Of a stretch of 64,000 bases of DNA, positions 22,137-33,341 are shown in pieces. The notes below the pieces were generated by a model, which saw only the letters and a program-made list of their open reading frames with translations, did not search any database and was not told the DNA's origin. The stretch is from Candidatus Absconditabacterales bacterium. Lineage in GTDB: Bacteria > Patescibacteriota > Gracilibacteria > Absconditabacterales > Absconditicoccaceae. The stretch lies in contig CALDTY010000014.1 in the NCBI GenBank assembly GCA_937923605.1, forward strand, positions 24,796-88,795, in the 5' to 3' direction. How positions within the stretch are numbered: the first letter of the stretch is position 1; every line of letters starts with the position of its first letter. A program made the translations under genes and the position numbers.

Positions 22137-23187
22137 AATGATACAAACGACAAAACTATCTAACAATCATAACATATCACGTATTATTTTTTGAGGTCGA
22201 CAACTTTCAAAATGACATTGATCACAAGTTGATAATAATATTCAAGACACATTAGCTAAGTATATTGAACAATGAGTAATAACTTTTGATTGTGCAGATA
22301 TCTATACCTGAGTTGAGGAAATATACTGAGAAATGCTGCTTCAAGTTGAGAGAATATATGGCAGCAATACTAGATCAAGAATAAAAATACACACTAAGTG
22401 TGTTCCAGACATAAATGATATTAGAAACCATGTTGTAGATTTGAAATATATTGAAAGTATTATAGATAGATCATTACTAAGACTTTGAGTTGACCAATTG
22501 GATCTAGTTCAATTACATCATCGAGATTACAATATTCCCACATATATAGAAATTGCGCAATATCTAAATCAATTAAAATCAAAAGGGAAAATCTCTCAAA
22601 TTTGAGTAACAAATTATAATGCACAAATTCTAGGTGAACTAATCGACTCTTGAATACCAATTATTAGCTCTCAGAATCAATACTCATTATTAGATGCGAG
22701 ACCAGAAAAAAACTTAATTAGTCTGTGTGAAAAGCATCAAATAAAAATTTTGTCTTATGGGACCTTAGCAGGATGATTACTGACTGACACGTATTTAGGA
22801 AAAGAAAAACCCTGTGAACCATTAGAGAATAGATCGTTAAGGAAATATCTTCTAATGATAGATGAGTTTTGATGACGATGACTTTTTCAGAATCTTTTGT
22901 ATGAACTAAGAGAAATTGCTAATAAGTATAATGTATCTATAGCAGATGTATCTATGAGATATGTATTAGAAAAGAGGAATGTAGCTTGAATAATAGTTTG
23001 AGCAAGAAACAATAAGCATATACATGGTATTCATAGAAGTTTTACTTTTACATTAGATGATCAAGACTATAGTAGAATAAATAGAATACTAGATGTCTCA
23101 AAGCCAATTTCCTGATGATGTTTTGATATTGAAAGATACTGAGAGAAACATTCAAATATAATGAAAATGAACCTTAACAAAGAATAA
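22137..23187 (+). pseudogene. aldo/keto reductase with an apparent frameshift near 22317-22321
   Basis: The N-terminal 61 codons (MIQTTKLSNNHNISRIIFGG...GVITFDCADIYTGVEE) are in one frame. The remainder (IYGEMLLQVERIYG...IKIHTKCVP...LDLVQLHHRDYN...ILSYGTLAGGLL...) is in the +1 frame. The junction is an A4 run (gaggaaaatat), and the original frame hits TAG shortly afterwards. Confidence 0.7.
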
Positions 23188-23210
23188 TTTTTATCTTAAT
23201 TCTATATACA

Positions 23211-23609
23211 ATGAAAAAATGACTTTATTGAAAAATAGTAGACGAGAAATACATCTGTAAAAGTGATGAATTTATTTTGAGTGACTTAAAAGTAGTAATT
23301 GTAGACACTCAACTTACTAAAGAGAAACAATCATTACAGCAAGATATATTTACATCAAGACATTGATATTATTTTGAAGTAATAGGTGAGAATATATACT
23401 TACCAGAATGACAACCTTTCTCAATATATGATCTTTCATCAGTCTTGCCGCTATTAGCTGCAAAGCAAAGAGTACTAAGTGATGTTGATCGAATGAGCTC
23501 AGACAATATTATTGCAGTTCCTGATCCTTATTGCAAGTATGGTTTAAAAATCATTAGAACATGATTAAGATGCTTTAGCAGAAATGAAGTTACTGATAAT
23601 GAAATCTAG
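23211..23609 (+). CDS. hypothetical protein (132 aa), possibly TIGR04076-like
   Basis: Code-25 frame ending in TAG. The segment ...FSIYDLSSVLPLLAAKQR...AVPDPYCKYGLKIIRTG gives only a weak family resemblance. Confidence 0.5.
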
Positions 23610-23701
23610 AAATATAACTAAGTCAATCAATTAGCTGAGAGTCTAGTTGAAATTTGTCATCAATTTTGGTACTGTGTAATTGTTTATCATTTAAATAAAT
23701 C

Positions 23702-24022
23702 ATGAACTCAAGAATAAAACTTAATCATCACTTTACATGAGACATGACTGAATTATTACAAGCAGACCTTTTAGAACTTGCTCATCAAAAAATTGAAAAC
23801 CTTGAAGAAAGTTACTTTAAGAAAATACTAAAGAAAGAAGATGCAGAAATCCTTATTCAGATAAAGATGGAAAAGAATCATGAATGAAGATATGAAGGGA
23901 AATTTAACTTTAAGCTTGATTGAGAAGAATACTATTATCATAATGATGTGCCATTTGTGGAACCACTTGATGTTGTAAGCCATGCTTTTAAACACTTAAA
24001 AGAACAGCTAGCAGACTCATAA
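23702..24022 (+). CDS. hpf: ribosome hibernation-promoting factor / RaiA family (short form)
   Basis: 106-aa code-25 frame with the S30AE pattern ...EGRYEGKFNFKLDGEEYYYHNDVPFVEPLDVVSHAFKHLKEQL. Confidence 0.75.
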
Positions 24023-24083
24023 ATTCGCATTGATGCTTGAATTTTATAAATAAATCTGTAAAAGTAAGAACTATTTTTTATTT

Positions 24084-24575
24084 ATGAAAAATACTATGCC
24101 AGCAAGAAAAAAAGACGATAAACAGTATCTCACCCAGGAAGGTTATGATAAATTGCTTAAAGAGAAAACCAACCTTATCGAAGATAAACTCCCAACCACT
24201 TTAGAGAGGCTTAAAGAAGCTATTTCACAGTGAGATATCTCTGAAAATGCTGAATATGACACAGCAATGTCTGAAAAAGAATTGATAGAAGGTAGAATAA
24301 AGGAAATTGAATCTATGCTTGTTGATGTGGAAATTATTAAACATAAGAAGGCATGATGAGAGATAAGATATTGATCTATAGTTACATTTGTTGATGACAA
24401 AGATAGATCACATACATACACAATAGTTTGAAGTTGAGAAGTAAATGTATTAGAGTGAACAATGTCATTCGAGTCACCTATTTGAGTTGCAATAAACGGT
24501 AAGAAAAAATGAGATATTGCTGTTGTTAAAGCGCCATCAAGAAAATACTCAATAGAAATAACTAAAGTAAAATAA
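24084..24575 (+). CDS. greA: transcription elongation factor GreA
   Basis: 163-aa code-25 frame: YLTQEGYDKLLKEK...LKEAISQGDISENAEYDTA...SFESPIGVAINGKKKGDIAVVKAP. Confidence 0.92.
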
Positions 24576-24588
24576 AGAACGTTTAAAA

Positions 24589-24616
24589 ATACAGTCAATG
24601 GGCTGTATTTTTTTTA
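24589..24616 (+). terminator. rho-independent terminator
   Basis: ATACAG-loop-CTGTAT followed by a run of 8 T, after greA. Confidence 0.7.
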
Positions 24617-24692
24617 TAAATAAAATATCTGTCTTGTAATACATACTATCATCAATACATTTTTGTATCATTATTTTATTTAATTCAAAATT

Positions 24693-25310
24693 ATGAAAAA
24701 TTTAGTTTTACCAACAATGTTAGTTTTAATGACAAGTTTTTGATTAAGTTGATGCGGATGACAAAACAGTGTGTGAGATACGACTGCAATCGATGTTGTA
24801 TGAAACTGAGATACAGTTAAAGTAGATTATATTTGATCACTTGCTGAAGATTGAAGTGTTTTTGATACAAATATTGAATCAGTTGCAAAGGAAAATTGAA
24901 GCTTTACAGAATGAAGACCATACGAACCGTTGGAATTTACAGTATGAGCAAGACAAATGATTCCTTGATTTGATAATGGAGTAGTGTGAATGAAATTATG
25001 ACAAACAAAGAAAATTGCAATATCAGCAGAAGATGGATATTGAGAAAGAAGTGAAGATGCAATTCAAGAAGTGCCAAGTGATATGTTTGCTCAAGCATGA
25101 ATTGAACCAATAGTATGAGAACAAATTGTATTAAATAGTCCAATGGGTCCAATTCCTGGAACTGTTGTTTCTGTGTCTACATGAACTACAACAGTAGACA
25201 TGAATCATTTCTTAGCTTGAAAAGAACTAAAATTTGAAGTTACAATCACAGAAATAAACAAAGCATTATCTTGAGCAGTAGAGGAATTGTTAACATGAGA
25301 TTCACAATAA
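24693..25310 (+). CDS. FKBP-type peptidyl-prolyl cis-trans isomerase lipoprotein
   Basis: 205-aa code-25 frame. Signal and lipobox MKNLVLPTMLVLMTSFGLSGC. FKBP core VKVDYIGSLAEDGSVFDTN...EFTVGARQMIPGFDNGVVGMKLGQTKKI...HFLAGKELKFEVTI. Confidence 0.88.
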
Positions 25311-25338
25311 ACGGCACATTTATGATTATCAATTAGAC

Positions 25339-25716
25339 ATGATTCGTCAAGTACTTTGAAAAATATTATTATATTCATTTCTAGTATTCTTCTTAGTCCA
25401 GTACTGAGGAGATTATGGATTTAAGCCATTGGCTATAACTTCTAGTTGATGAAGTGAATTTACGTTATATATAATTCTTTGAGTGGTTTTTTGGTTTATT
25501 TACGACATTATAAGAAGGATTGTTAGAATTATAACTAAACCATTATCATGGTTAACACTATGAATTATATGAATATTAATAAACATTGTCGCTATTTATG
25601 CCTTTGCATATGTTGCGACATATGTGATAGACATGTGAATTATTGTCCAACCATGAACACCTCTTGAAATTATATTTTTTTCTCTTATAGTGCGAGTCAT
25701 TGACGTTTTGTTTTAA
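25339..25716 (+). CDS. small integral membrane protein (DUF360/holin-4-like topology)
   Basis: 125-aa code-25 frame with four hydrophobic helices. The family call is tentative. Confidence 0.55.
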
Positions 25717-25734
25717 CTTGTGTAAAGTTCTGGT

Positions 25735-25968
25735 ATGAAGTATGTATATTTATTTTTGGGATTAGGTTTTATAATCTTTCTCATCATACCTTACTTTCAA
25801 ATGATGGTTTTTTGAACATTTCCATTCCCATGGTTTACGTTCATTATAGACAATGATGTTTGGGTACTAATAATCATACTCAAATCAATAATGGCCTGAG
25901 TCTTTTTGACCTTAGGTATAAAGGGGTTTTTAGATAATAATACAATAGATGAGTGATTTGACTTATAA
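25735..25968 (+). CDS. small membrane protein (77 aa)
   Basis: MKYVYLFLGLGFIIFLIIPYFQMMVFGTFPFPWFTFIIDNDVWVLIIILKSIMAGVFLTLGIKGF.... Overlaps the next gene by 20 nt. Confidence 0.45.
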
Positions 25969-26515
25969 TGTAAGTAGACAACAAGCAGCTGATATGCTTT
26001 GAGTCTCAACAAGATCAATTGATAGATATGTCAAGTGATGAAAACTTAGCTATAAAAAAGTAGCTAATAAGGTTCTTCTTGCAAGAGAGGAGATTGATGA
26101 TATGCAAGCTGACTATGAATTGCTGCATCAGAATCCTGTTACTGAGACTGTTGTGATAAAAGAGAATGTATCTCAGCAACCTAATAAAGTAACAAGAGTA
26201 AATTCTGGATTAGGATTAGGATCAGTAAAGGAATTTGCTGATATCCTTTGACAGAAAGATATAACAATTGAAGAAAAGAATCAAATGATTTATGCGCTTC
26301 AACGTAAGATTTGAGAAATTGAAACAAGAATGCAACAAATGATAGCGTTGCCAGACCACAGTGCAGAAAAAGAAGAATTTAAGTTGGATATACAGAAGTT
26401 GACAATGGAAAAGAAGGATCTTCAAGAGAGCATTAGAAGAGAGAAATTGATGAATACAATATTTCTTTGATTAGCTTTGATTTCAGTAATATTTGTATTA
26501 TTCTTTATGAGATAA
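25949..26515 (+). CDS. HTH (excisionase/MerR-like) protein with coiled-coil and C-terminal TM anchor
   Basis: 188-aa code-25 frame. N-terminal HTH YNVSRQQAADMLGVSTRSIDRYVKGGKLSY, a charged coiled-coil middle section, and C-terminal LGLALISVIFVLFFMR. Confidence 0.6.
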
Positions 26516-26540
26516 TCATAAATACAATACATCATATATT

Positions 26541-26576
26541 AAAAAAACTCTTACTAACTAAGTAAGAGTTTTTTTC
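26541..26576. terminator. bidirectional rho-independent terminator
   Basis: AACTCTTACT-AACTA-AGTAAGAGTT flanked by an A-run and a T-run, between convergent genes. Confidence 0.8.
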
Positions 26577-26578
26577 TA

Positions 26579-27298
26579 TTATACATGGTTACGTTTAAAT
26601 CTAGATACTTGAGCTTCTGTTAGATTATATTTTAAAGCTAAACGATTTTGATATTCCTTTCTCAGGAGTAAATCAGTCTTTAGAGATTTCTTTATTATAT
26701 CCGTCATTACTGTGAATTGCTCGTTATGGTGAGGTAGTTTTCATTCACCTACAAGTTCTGCAGCTTGTCTTGTTACTCTTTGTCTCAAAGCACTAGAATC
26801 TTCTCAGTATACTTTAGTAGCAATGTCTGAACGAGTTTGCCCTCCATACACTAAACCTCATTCCAACAATAAATCTTGGATCTCCTCTAGATCAGTACGT
26901 TTTACATGATTATAATTTCTTTCACGATAAGGATAATTTTTGAAATCATGCCACTTTAAATTATTTGCTGAAACATTCTTCCAATCTCAATTCTTTACCG
27001 TCAATTTTGGTACTTCAAATCATTTTTTTGATCTTCGATTTTCAATCTTTCATGGAAACAATTTAGCCACTAATAGATGGATATATTCTGTCCTGTCGAA
27101 TGTATCAAAGTATATATTCTCTGGAACAAACATTCACAAGGCATCACAAGCTTCAGCGCTATATGAAATACATACTTGAGGGTATTTTCATGCTTTATTA
27201 TAGTTTGGTTTTAGAATTATTCAAGTACTTCATCTTACTTCTCAAGAAGAAGCATTTACCTCATATCATTTACTTCACGGTATTGTTTTTATTGCCAT
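26579..27298 (-). CDS. NUMOD4/HNH_3-like DNA-binding protein (catalytic His apparently lost) with C-terminal HTH
   Basis: 239-aa code-25 frame: IPGSKGYEVNASSGEVRGSTGIILKP...YIHLLVAKLFPG...TVKNGDWKNVSANNLKW. The phage HNH pattern V.H.DGdk.NN..NL.W has the His position occupied by K/N. Followed by GGQTRSDIATKVYG... (HTH-like). Confidence 0.6.
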
Positions 27299-27539
27299 AC
27301 TTTAGGTCATAAATAAATAATGTTAGTATAAATTATTGCATCAATATGTCAAGTTTTTTTTTGAATAGCACTATTGGTATAGATTTAACATTTGCTCTCA
27401 AAAGAGCAGTTTAGTACACTTTATTTAGCATTTCGATAAACTATAATCACTTAATAATAATTTATCAAATAATGTTATATGGATTTAAGATAAATTTCTC
27501 TTGATAATTTATGACATTATCTTATCCTTGTCACATTTA

Positions 27540-27577
27540 TGGAATATTCCAGTACTGTTTTTATGTGGAATATTCCA
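27540..27577. promoter_or_regulatory. two copies of the perfect palindrome TGGAATATTCCA (putative operator pair)
   Basis: TGGAATATTCCA at 27540-27551 and again at 27566-27577, 26 bp centre to centre, about 55-90 bp upstream of the DUF134 regulator gene. Confidence 0.6.
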
Positions 27578-27630
27578 ATAATTTATTTGTCTAAATGTGT
27601 CATAGTATGCAAATTATGTTTTGAGACCTT

Positions 27631-27954
27631 ATGAATAGAAAAAGATGAAGACCGAAGAAGTTTCGTACGATTAATTATACCCCTACTCTCACTATACGAG
27701 AACCAGCCGATGGAATAAAAGACAACATAATAGTAAAACTAGGTCACGATGAACTAGAAGCCCTAAGATTAAAGAATATAAACTGACTAGGTGTTGTGAA
27801 ATGAGCTGAACAAATGGGTATATCGAAATCCCTATTCGCCAAGATTTATAAGGACGCAATTACCAAGATAACGAATGCATTAATAAATGGGAGAGCTTTA
27901 CATATTGAAGTATGAAGCCTATGAGATTGAGATTTCCTAAAGCCAATTATGTAG
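27631..27954 (+). CDS. DUF134 (UPF0251) family DNA-binding protein
   Basis: 107-aa code-25 frame: MNRKRGRPKKFRTINYTP...IVKLGHDELEALRLKNINGLGVVKGAEQMGISKSLFAKIYKDAITKITNALINGRAL. Confidence 0.8.
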
Positions 27955-28045
27955 ATTTGTACTTGATTTAGATATAAAGATCCTTATTTAGTTATGATAA
28001 TTCATATTATAATAACTAAAGATATCTTTTGTATATTCATTAATT

Positions 28046-29068
28046 ATGAGCAACATTATAAACTATCAATCTGACTCAGATCTTAAAAGACTTACTAATA
28101 AATCATTTTCCGATCTAATTGAAGAATTTCTTTCAACAAAGAAATCTACTCAAACAAAAAGAGCTTACAAAAAAGATATTGCAACTTTTTTTGATGCGAT
28201 AGGACTAAAAACCGTGGGGGAGTTAGCAACACTCCCCGTTTATGAACTTTCAAAAGTTATCTTAAACTATATTGAATCATTTAAAAAGTTTGAAGCTCAA
28301 CGTGAAGACAGAGTTCATAATCCACGCACACTAAATAGGAAGGCATACGCACTCTCCTCTTTCTTTGAATATCTTGTAGCAAACTATGGCTATCCTCGCA
28401 ATCCAGTCAAAGTATATACGCCTTATTCTACTCCAGACAAGACATCTACTGATGATCTTGAAAAAGATGAGGTTGAAGCAATATGGAGCCATGTAAAAGC
28501 AGAAGTAATTATCGCAGAAACTAATTTCCAATTAGTGAGTCGCACGCAACAAAAATTAATATTTAGCTTTCTCATGCTTAGCTTAAGAAGAAATGAGATC
28601 GCTCACCTTAGGTGGGATGATTGGGACAAAAAGAAATGATTTATAACTGTATTTGGGAAAGGTCAAAAGTATAAATATCTTCCACTAAATGAAAAAATGA
28701 AGTCTATACTGGGTGACTATGAATCTCTTAAAAAAAAGCACTGATATATATCATCTTATATATTTTCACCTATTCGCAACAATAGTACCTGAGATAGTGC
28801 GAAACCAATTTCATGAACATATATTTTTAACCTGGTTAAGAAAGTTTGTACTCAACTACAACTAGAATGAGCAATTGATCCTGAAAAGAAAATAACTCCA
28901 CATAGCTTTAGAACAACATTTGTTAAACTAGCTCTAGATAGCTGAAAGACAGATATTGAAATAATGAACACAACAGGCCATAGCACATCGCAAATGGTTA
29001 AGTACTATGATAGTAGAAGTCAATTAGAGGTCAATGCTGCATGAGTAGTGGACGACCTATTAGATTAA
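28046..29068 (+). mobile_element. tyrosine recombinase / phage-type integrase (XerC/D-like)
   Basis: 340-aa code-25 frame. It is the ORF-track piece 28046..28639 extended through TGA codons. Motifs: ...LSLRRNEIAHLRWDDW..., VFGKGQKYKYLPL, ITPHSFRTTFV, GHSTSQMVKYY (catalytic Tyr region). Confidence 0.88.
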
Positions 29069-29075
29069 CAGTGCT

Positions 29076-29462
29076 TTACTTGTTGAGCACATCTTCGAAT
29101 AACTTAATTGCATCTTGGATCTCCTCATCGGAGTATTCAGCTATTTTCTTACCATCCTTTAAAATCACAGTGTCAGGATTTCAGTCAGTTTTGCGAAAAC
29201 TCTCAAACTGCTCTGTTTTCTCATTCCATATCATATTTTCATCAGTAGCGACATCACTGCCTCCTCTACCATTTTGATCTACAATAAGATCATCATCTAA
29301 TTCTCTCAATCAGTCGCTTTCAGTAATGGTCTTAACTCATGGAAACAACCTCTCTTGGATTACTTTGTTTTCTTGTTGAATATTATTATCTGACGATGCT
29401 CTCATCAAATATACAAGAAAGATCATTATTGCAGTAGCTAACACAAAGAGGATATACTTCAT
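29076..29462 (-). CDS. hypothetical protein with N-terminal TM helix (128 aa)
   Basis: MKYILFVLATAIMIFLVYLM..., acidic C-terminal part. Code-25 frame, stop TAA. Lies directly downstream of the T4CP-like gene. Confidence 0.5.
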
Positions 29463-29516
29463 ATTAAACATTATATAAAATAAGTATGACTAAAATTATA
29501 ATAAGTGTATGTAATC

Positions 29517-31946
29517 TTAAGCTCAAACTCTATAGAAAATTTCCTTATCAACTAGTTCTTTTTTGCGTCCATATTTCAATGCTGAAATCTGTTTAATGAT
29601 TTCAATCTTCTCTTGAGTGTTTAACGGTGGGTCTTCCCATGGCAATCTAACCTTCATAGAGAAGGCAGGTGTAGGCTGCATATCAACCGACATTTTGAGA
29701 ACAGCCATAAATTTATCTAGATTTGTGAGGTCTGTACCAGAAAAATTTGGTTTAAATTGTTGTTCCATGGTCTCCATATCCTTTACTCATATACGATAAC
29801 ACATCATATTTCAGACATTACCAAATATTGGATTCTCAAGATCTGTAGTAGACTTCATTCATTGGGATTTTAGTTGTTCTATATACTGATGTGCTAGGAT
29901 CAATCACAACTTATATTTACGAGCTTCAGATAAGATTGACTCAATAGCGGGAGTCACAAAATTTTGAAATTCATCAATATAAAGAAAATGAGGAAGTCTT
30001 TTATCCTCAGGCATATCTGCTCTACGGAATGCTGCAAGTCTAACTTGTGCGACTATCATCATTCCTAATAGATTAGCATTAATATCTCACATCTTACCTT
30101 TTGAGAGATTCATAATGAGTATTTTTCAATTATCCATTATTTCTCCGATATCAAACGATGATACAGGTTGTCATATAATATTTCTTAGAATTGGTGTTGT
30201 GGTAAATGATCCAAATTTCGATTGGAAAAATGGAATCATTTCATTTTTCTCTCTATCTCACATTTTAGCATATGTTTTCTCTCGTCGACTACGAACTACT
30301 GGATTCTTTACATTCTTTACCTTAATCTTTTGATACGCTTCATCAGTAAACAAACGAACAAGTTCTACCATTGTTCATCAATCTGGCTGTTCCATGAGAG
30401 TCAATACAGCATTACGGAAGTAATCTTGAATACGTGGACCAAAGATCTCAGGTCAAAATAACTTAACAAACATATCAACTGCGTCATTGGTTACTAAGTC
30501 CATTTCTCTTTCTGATCTAGCTGTAAGAAAATTAAATCACACTGGAAGATCCATATTTCAAGCATCTCGATACACTAAATCATCAATCCTCTCTTTAGGA
30601 AAGTACTGTAAACAAGCTTCTGCAAGGTCTCCATGAGGATCAATAAGAGTAAATCAAGGTCAGCCTACTTCCATATCTTGATTTAACATTGTACGAAGAA
30701 TAGTTGATTTTCATGTACCTGTTTGTCAAAGAATATAGAAATGTCTAAATCTATCAGCATGTTTAAGATAGATATCTCTTTTTACTCAACCATACAAATT
30801 GGTTCATAGAATCATTCACTCAGTTGGGATATTGTCAGGAGCAGGAACAATCTTAAATTTTTGCCACCTTATACGCGGATTCTTATTAAACTTATTATGA
30901 GGGAAATGATATAAAGAAGATATTTCCTTTATATTCAAAACATCTGTCTCACGTTTGCCTCGTCGATTATGTCCTACAAAATATGGCTTCGAAAAAGTTC
31001 TTTTGATCGTGTCTTGAGCAAATTTAGAAATATTTTTAGCTTGGACAAATCAAAATGAGTTTAGTCATACGTAGTTAAACTGAAATAATCATCTTAAGAT
31101 ATCGTCTACCATCTTGCTTGGTCTATTCTTTGAAGGAGAACTAGCAAATACTCTCATAACAACATTAAATCACTCATCTTCAGCTTTCTTCTCAATATCT
31201 CAAATCTGTTGTTGAGAATAGCTTTTGTTCTCAGTCTGTTTATCTGGTTTATCTTTAGGTGCAAAAGAAGTTAGCAAATGTAACATAGACTTTTTGCCTT
31301 CTTTGATACGCTCTGATTGATTCCTCATTTTCTTTTGTCGTTTATCAGACAAAGGTTGTGCCAATATCTGCAAAACTAACTTTTCATCAGCATCTACCCT
31401 AGCAAAAGCTGATAAAATTCAGTCCATAGGATCAGCCTCGAAGTTCTCATATGTCTTTAATGGAAATGCATCCTCTTTAGTTAATTCAATATAACCTCAA
31501 TTCATGTACTTCCCAGCTTCCAGTAACTTTGGTGGATCAATAACATCAATTACAGATCAAGGATAGAATGAAGAAATAATCTTTTCAAATGTCTCAGTAT
31601 ACTCATCTGGAACCGCTAAGTTGAATGTAATAATCTCTTTCTCAACAAGCATCTCACATCAAACATAAGGCTGTCACAAAAAATATGATAATCTTGCCTT
31701 TCAAGATACAGAGTAGAAATTCTTATAAATTTGATTCATCACTTCCATGTTTTGCTTTAAGCTTTGTATATTCTCATCTTGCTTGTCAGAGGCAGACTCA
31801 TTGCGAGGCATTCTAACATTTAGGAATCTTAAATTTTTACTCATCCTCTCATAACGTTTTCTTTGAATAAGAAAAAGAAGTGATCTACGATACAATATCA
31901 ATAGTCACACAAAAAGAATTATTAAAATTATGCTAAATACATTCAT
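29517..31946 (-). CDS. TraD/VirD4-like type IV coupling protein (FtsK/HerA-superfamily ATPase) with N-terminal TM
   Basis: 809-aa single code-25 frame. N-terminal TM FSIILIILFVGLLILY, Walker A ILGQTGTGKST, Walker B-like LPHFLYIDEFQNF, and LILAHQYIEQL. The ORF-track fragments 31701..31901 and 29523..29777 are pieces of it. Confidence 0.8.
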
Positions 31947-32189
31947 GATAAATTATAATTACTTCCTTATAATGATACTCAATCATCTATAAGTTTGCAA
32001 ATTAGATTACAGTAAAATCATCAATAACATCTTTACTTAATCTAATCAATGATAGTTTATGTATATATAAATCAATATGTCAATAATAGCATAATAGTTT
32101 ACGTTAATAATTTGCAAATATTGGAGTGGATAACTAGTATGAAATAGTAACCAACTAATTAATGGGTGTAATAGCCCATATACTGGTTG

Positions 32190-32415
32190 TAAACAAAAAC
32201 CAAAAAGTATATCGCCAACCTTTGAGCGGTAACTATTTATTAGAAACGACTGAGGAGGTGGTTCCCTTAATTTGATTCCTACATAAGAATATTGTACGAT
32301 AATGTTCTTATGTAGGGTTCATATAAGATACCCTACCCCTCCTCAGTTTCTTAAGCTAAACAAAAACCAAAAAATAAGAACGGGCGAGGGTGGAGTATTT
32401 ACTTCACTCTTTTTT
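32190..32415 (+). other. highly structured non-coding segment flanked by a 17-bp direct repeat and ending in a terminator
   Basis: TAAACAAAAACCAAAAA occurs at about 32189-32205 and 32357-32373. Between the copies there is a long stem ACTGAGGAGG...CCTCCTCAGT enclosing the hairpin CCTACATAAGAA...TTCTTATGTAGG, plus an overlapping hairpin GTAGGGT...ACCCTAC. A GTGGAGT/ACTTCAC hairpin plus T7 follows at about 32389-32416. No ORF is present. Confidence 0.35.
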
Positions 32416-32900
32416 TATTGAGATAAAAATGAAAAATGCCACATTAGAATTGCCGCAGCTTGGCTAACATTTAAACTTTCTTTGAATCAATTCATAGGAA
32501 TTCAAACACAATAATCGCATCTTGCTAAAGACTCACTGGTAACTCATGTCTTTTCATTTCAAACCAATAAAGCAAAATTATTTCTAGAAGATAAATGATC
32601 TCATCATATTCAATGCAATGGAAGATAATCATCTCCAGTTTCTCAGACAAATAGCTTACATCATTTTCATGATATATAGTCAAATGTATCACTAGTATTC
32701 CAAAAACGCTTGATAAAAACGTGTTTCTCAGCTCACAATGATGTTTTACTGATTTGCATCTTTTCATCTGGATGTGGAGTATATCAAGAAAGGATCACAT
32801 CATATCATAATGCATCTGCAGTACGTAAAATACTTCCAACATTAAATGCAGAACGAATATTCTCTAAAATAATTATTGGTTTTATAGATACGTTAGACAT
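32415..32900 (-). CDS. SpoU/TrmH-family RNA 2'-O-methyltransferase
   Basis: 161-aa code-25 frame: IIILENIRSAFNVGSILRTADALGYDVILSG..., LLVGNEKTGVTSESLARCDYCVGIPMNGFKESLNVSQAAAILMW. Confidence 0.85.
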
Positions 32901-32907
32901 GATAATG

Positions 32908-33315
32908 TTATTTGTAGGTTTCTTTAAAAATTTCTTCATTTCAATATTCCACAAATCATAAGTTATCATGATAACTAGACTTCAAAAATCATGGCTTGTT
33001 AGCATGCATAATTCAACATCGATACTGTTCAGTAAGAGAGGCTATGTTCTTTCGATACAAAAGCACTCAATTAACATATCAACAATATATACATCATAGT
33101 TTTTCAGGGAAACTTAAATACTGTAGTTTTGCTCTATCTATAATTTGAACATAATTACTTCTTACTACTTTATTAATTCAATACCAAGGGAAACAGATCT
33201 GATGATACAATTCTAAGGTGATATCCAATAGAATAACAAAAGGAAGTGGCAACCAAATGATTGGTAATGATATCAAGTTTAACCATAAAGGATTCTTCTT
33301 GTTTTTATACTGCAT
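32908..33315 (-). CDS. hypothetical membrane protein (135 aa)
   Basis: N-terminal TM LWLNLISLPIIWLPLPFVILL, then a Cys-containing segment GCIYCGYVNG...YRCGIMH. Code-25 frame, stop TAA. Confidence 0.5.
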
Positions 33316-33341
33316 TATAATTAATTAATATATAAATAAAT

